The notes under the pieces: model-generated
The model's input: only the letters and a program-made list of their open reading frames with translations
What the model was told of the DNA's origin: nothing
Database searches by the model: none
Part shown: one piece after another, positions 61,381 through 64,000 of the stretch
How positions within the stretch are numbered: the stretch's first letter is position 1
How the letters are laid out: each line of letters begins with the position of its first letter
Position numbers and translations under genes: made by a program
Assembly (NCBI GenBank): GCA_963829525.1
Contig: CAWHIJ010000003.1
Location: 864,001 to 928,000 of the forward strand
Source: an uncultured Actinomycetota bacterium
GTDB lineage: Bacteria; Actinomycetota; Actinomycetes; JAHEKZ01
Reading direction: 5' to 3'
Length of the DNA: 64,000 nucleotides

Positions 61381-62580
61381 ATGGGCCGTCTCGCCCAGAC
61401 CGAAGGTCTCACCGACGTCCAGCAGGAGATCCTCGCCGCCGTCCGAGAGTTCGTCGACAACGAGATCATTCCCGTCGCCAACGAGCTCGAGCACGCCGAC
61501 GAGTACCCCACCAAGATCGTCGAGCAGATGCAGGAGATGGGGATCTTCGGGCTGATGATCCCCGAGGAGTACGGCGGTATCGGTGAGTCGCTGCTGACGT
61601 ACGCGCTGGTCGTCGAGGAGATCGCGCGAGGCTGGATGAGCGTCAGCGGCATCATCAACACCCACTTCATCGTCGCCTACATGCTGCTGCAGCACGGAAC
61701 CGACGAGCAGAAGCAGAAGTACCTACCACGGATGGCCACCGGTGAGGTGCGCGGTGCGTTCTCGATGTCAGAGCCGGGCTGCGGGTCGGACGTCGCGGCC
61801 ATCACCTCGCGCGCAACTCGTCGCGACGACGGCTCATTTGTTCTCAACGGCCAGAAGATGTGGCTGACAAACGGCGGCTCGTCCACCCTTGTTGCGGTCC
61901 TGATGAAGACCGACGAGGGCGACGACAGCGTCTACCGCAACATGACGACGTTCCTCATCGAGAAGGAGTCAGGCTTTGGCGAGGTCCGGCCAGGGCTGAC
62001 GATTCCTGGCAAGATCGACAAGATGGGCTACAAGGGCGTCGACACCACCGAGCTGGTCATGGACGGCCTTGAGCTGACGGCTGACGACGTCCTGGGTGGT
62101 GAGACCGGTCGCGGCTTCTATCAGATGATGGACGGCGTCGAGGTCGGGCGCGTCAACGTCGCTGCCCGGGCCTGCGGCCTGGCACAGCGGGCCTTCGAGC
62201 TCGGCATCGACTACGCCCAGCAGCGTGAGACTTTCGGCAAGCAGATCGCACAGCACCAGGCAGTGATGTTCCGGCTCGCCGATATGGCCACGAAGGTCGA
62301 GTCGGCTCATCAGATGATGATCATGGCTGCGCGCAAGAAGGACTCGGGCGAGCGAAACGATCTCGAGGCCGGCATGGCCAAGTACCTCGCCAGCGAGCTC
62401 TGCCGCGACGTTGTCGAGGACTCGTTTCGGATCCATGGTGGCTACGGGTACTCCAAGGAGTACGAGATCGAGCGCCTTTACCGAGAGGCGCCGATGCTGC
62501 TGATCGGTGAGGGCACGGCTGACATCCAGCGGATGATCATCGGTCGGCGACTCCTCGAGGACTACAAGCGGCGTGTCTAG
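61381..62580 (+). CDS. Acyl-CoA dehydrogenase (methylsuccinyl-CoA dehydrogenase-like)
   Basis: IPEEYGG, SMSEPGCGSD, NGQKMWLTNG, RETFGK, HGGYGY and IGEGT. Confidence 0.92.
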   Translation: MGRLAQTEGLTDVQQEILAAVREFVDNEIIPVANELEHADEYPTKIVEQMQEMGIFGLMIPEEYGGIGESLLTYALVVEEIARGWMSVSGIINTHFIVAYMLLQHGTDEQKQKYLPRMATGEVRGAFSMSEPGCGSDVAAITSRATRRDDGSFVLNGQKMWLTNGGSSTLVAVLMKTDEGDDSVYRNMTTFLIEKESGFGEVRPGLTIPGKIDKMGYKGVDTTELVMDGLELTADDVLGGETGRGFYQMMDGVEVGRVNVAARACGLAQRAFELGIDYAQQRETFGKQIAQHQAVMFRLADMATKVESAHQMMIMAARKKDSGERNDLEAGMAKYLASELCRDVVEDSFRIHGGYGYSKEYEIERLYREAPMLLIGEGTADIQRMIIGRRLLEDYKRRV

Positions 62581-62592
62581 GGCAGGAGAGCT

Positions 62593-63057
62593 ATGACTGA
62601 GATTGAGCGGATCGTCGTCCGAGAGTGCGCTTCTTACGAGGAAGCGCAGCGTGCTGTCGACTTCCTGTCCGACACAGAGGTTGAGGTGTCGGGTATCCAG
62701 ATCGTCGGCACCGGCCTTCGCCTGGTCGAGACGGTCACCGGTCGGATGTCGTATGGCCGTGCAGCTGGGGCGGGGATGATCAGCGGAGCCTGGTTCGGCC
62801 TTCTCGTCGGCATGTTGTTGGGACTCTTCGCCAACCCCGATCAAGACCCGAGCTGGACGACCCTGTTGCTGCTCGGTGTCCTTTGGGGTGCGATGTTCGG
62901 CATCGTCTACGGCTTGATCGTGCACGCCGCTACCCGCGGGCGCCGTGACTTCAGCTCCCGCAGCAAGATGGAAGCAACCCAGTACGAGGTGACGTGCCCG
63001 GCGCCTGTCGCTGGCAAGGTGCGTCAGACCCTGGCCGAGATGCCGACCGTCCCCTGA
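62593..63057 (+). CDS. General stress protein-like (YflT-type) membrane protein
   Basis: YEEAQRAVDFLSD, GAWFGLLVG and RRDFSS. Confidence 0.8.
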   Translation: MTEIERIVVRECASYEEAQRAVDFLSDTEVEVSGIQIVGTGLRLVETVTGRMSYGRAAGAGMISGAWFGLLVGMLLGLFANPDQDPSWTTLLLLGVLWGAMFGIVYGLIVHAATRGRRDFSSRSKMEATQYEVTCPAPVAGKVRQTLAEMPTVP

Positions 63058-63090
63058 TCAGCATCGCTGTCGGACCACACAAGGAGTGAC

Positions 63091-63597
63091 ATGCAGTTCG
63101 GTCGTTACTACGAGGAGTTCGAGGTCGGCGCGGTCTACAAGCACTGGCCAGGCAAGACGGTCACCGAGTACGACGACCATCTCTTCTGCCTGCTCACCAT
63201 GAACCACCACCCACTGCACATGGACGCGAACTACGCCGAGAACACCACCGACTTCGGCAAGAACGTGGTGGTCGGCAACTACATCTACTCCTTGCTGCTG
63301 GGCATGTCGGTATCCGACGTCAGTGGCAAGGCCATCGCCAACCTTGAAGTCGAGTCACTGCGGCACGTCGCGCCGACCTTCCACGGCGACACGATCTACG
63401 GCGAGACCCGGGTACTGGACAAGGTGGAGTCGAAGTCCAAGGACGACCGTGGAATCGTCCACGTCGAGACGATCGGCTACAACCAGGACGGCACCATCGT
63501 GTGCATCTTCCGTCGCAAGGTAATGGTGCCGAAGCGGTCCTACGGCGACGCCCGCGGTGGAGAGCAGCCAGGACGCCCCGAGCCGACACCCCGCTGA
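63091..63597 (+). CDS. MaoC-family dehydratase (mesaconyl-CoA hydratase-like)
   Basis: GRYYEEFEVG, TMNHHPLH and PTFHGDTI. Confidence 0.9.
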   Translation: MQFGRYYEEFEVGAVYKHWPGKTVTEYDDHLFCLLTMNHHPLHMDANYAENTTDFGKNVVVGNYIYSLLLGMSVSDVSGKAIANLEVESLRHVAPTFHGDTIYGETRVLDKVESKSKDDRGIVHVETIGYNQDGTIVCIFRRKVMVPKRSYGDARGGEQPGRPEPTPR

Positions 63598-63804
63598 AGG
63601 CGTGCGGCACGGTCACCGGCCGGGTTCGGAACACCATGACCCACTGATCGTTCCGAGCAGTGGAACACTAGCCTTGACCTCGTAAGGTCGCTGGACAACG
63701 GGTGCACCGTCTTGGACTCTTGCACAGGCGCCAGTATCGCTTCGTGCTGTCGCACCGCCGCACTCGACAGACAACACGCCTGGCACGCATGGAGGACAAA
63801 CAGC

Positions 63805-64000
63805 ATGACGCCTGAGGAGATTTTGAAGGGCTTGTTTGATGAGACGTTGGTGGGCAATGCTCCTGCGGTGTTGGAGCTGACGAATGCCGGTCTTGGGATG
63901 GGGATGGGTCCGGAGACGTTGTTGTTCGAGGCGTTGATTCCGTCGTTGGAGGAGGTGGGGGCCCGGTTTGAGCGGGGTGACTTCTTCGTTCCGGAGATGT
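63805..64000 (+). CDS. Corrinoid (B12-binding) methyltransferase protein, 5' part (runs off the window)
   Basis: Manual translation MTPEEILKGLFDETLVGNAPAVLELT...ALIPSLEEVGARFERGDFFVPEM, a B12 cap domain. GGAGG RBS at 63791. Confidence 0.85.
   Translation, partial: MTPEEILKGLFDETLVGNAPAVLELTNAGLGMGMGPETLLFEALIPSLEEVGARFERGDFFVPEM

Noticed and set aside
1-64000. tRNA, rRNA, integrase, prophage or transposase genes
   Set aside because: None recognised by eye; tRNAscan-SE and Infernal scans would be needed to exclude small RNAs.

Overview
High-GC actinobacterial chromosome segment, probably from a long-read or metagenomic assembly with uncorrected single-base indels. The backbone follows the familiar actinobacterial order: xseA-ispH-rmuC-ychF-vapBC, an Sdh1-type succinate dehydrogenase operon, typA, mshB, pgi, fdxA-dapC, dapD/dapE, LOG, folP, DUF3117, O-methyltransferase, htrA-tatB, mrp, mgtE-like, and CoA lyase / acyl-CoA dehydrogenase / MaoC genes. 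The main accessory feature is a 12.5 kb co-oriented block at 17500-30002: an FtsH-like AAA protease, cheW, four tandem chemoreceptors, a CheA-receiver hybrid and a receiver-GAF regulator, with no cheR, cheB or flagellar genes in the window. The four receptors have homologous but highly diverged six-helix intramembrane sensor domains. Three of them share an 850-900 bp signalling cassette identical except for one SNP. That cassette uses almost only G/T-ending codons and switches to an A/C-rich skew at its 3' end, which suggests strand-biased gene conversion. The same skew marks receptor 2 and a corrinoid gene at the window end. Smaller signals: a TPP riboswitch, an orphan PilB/GspE ATPase with MshEN-like motifs, a probable ATC start codon, a bidirectional leaderless dapD/dapE promoter, a three-box operator upstream of yceI, and an antitoxin remnant beside vapBC. 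Family assignments come from motif recognition only; no searches were run.
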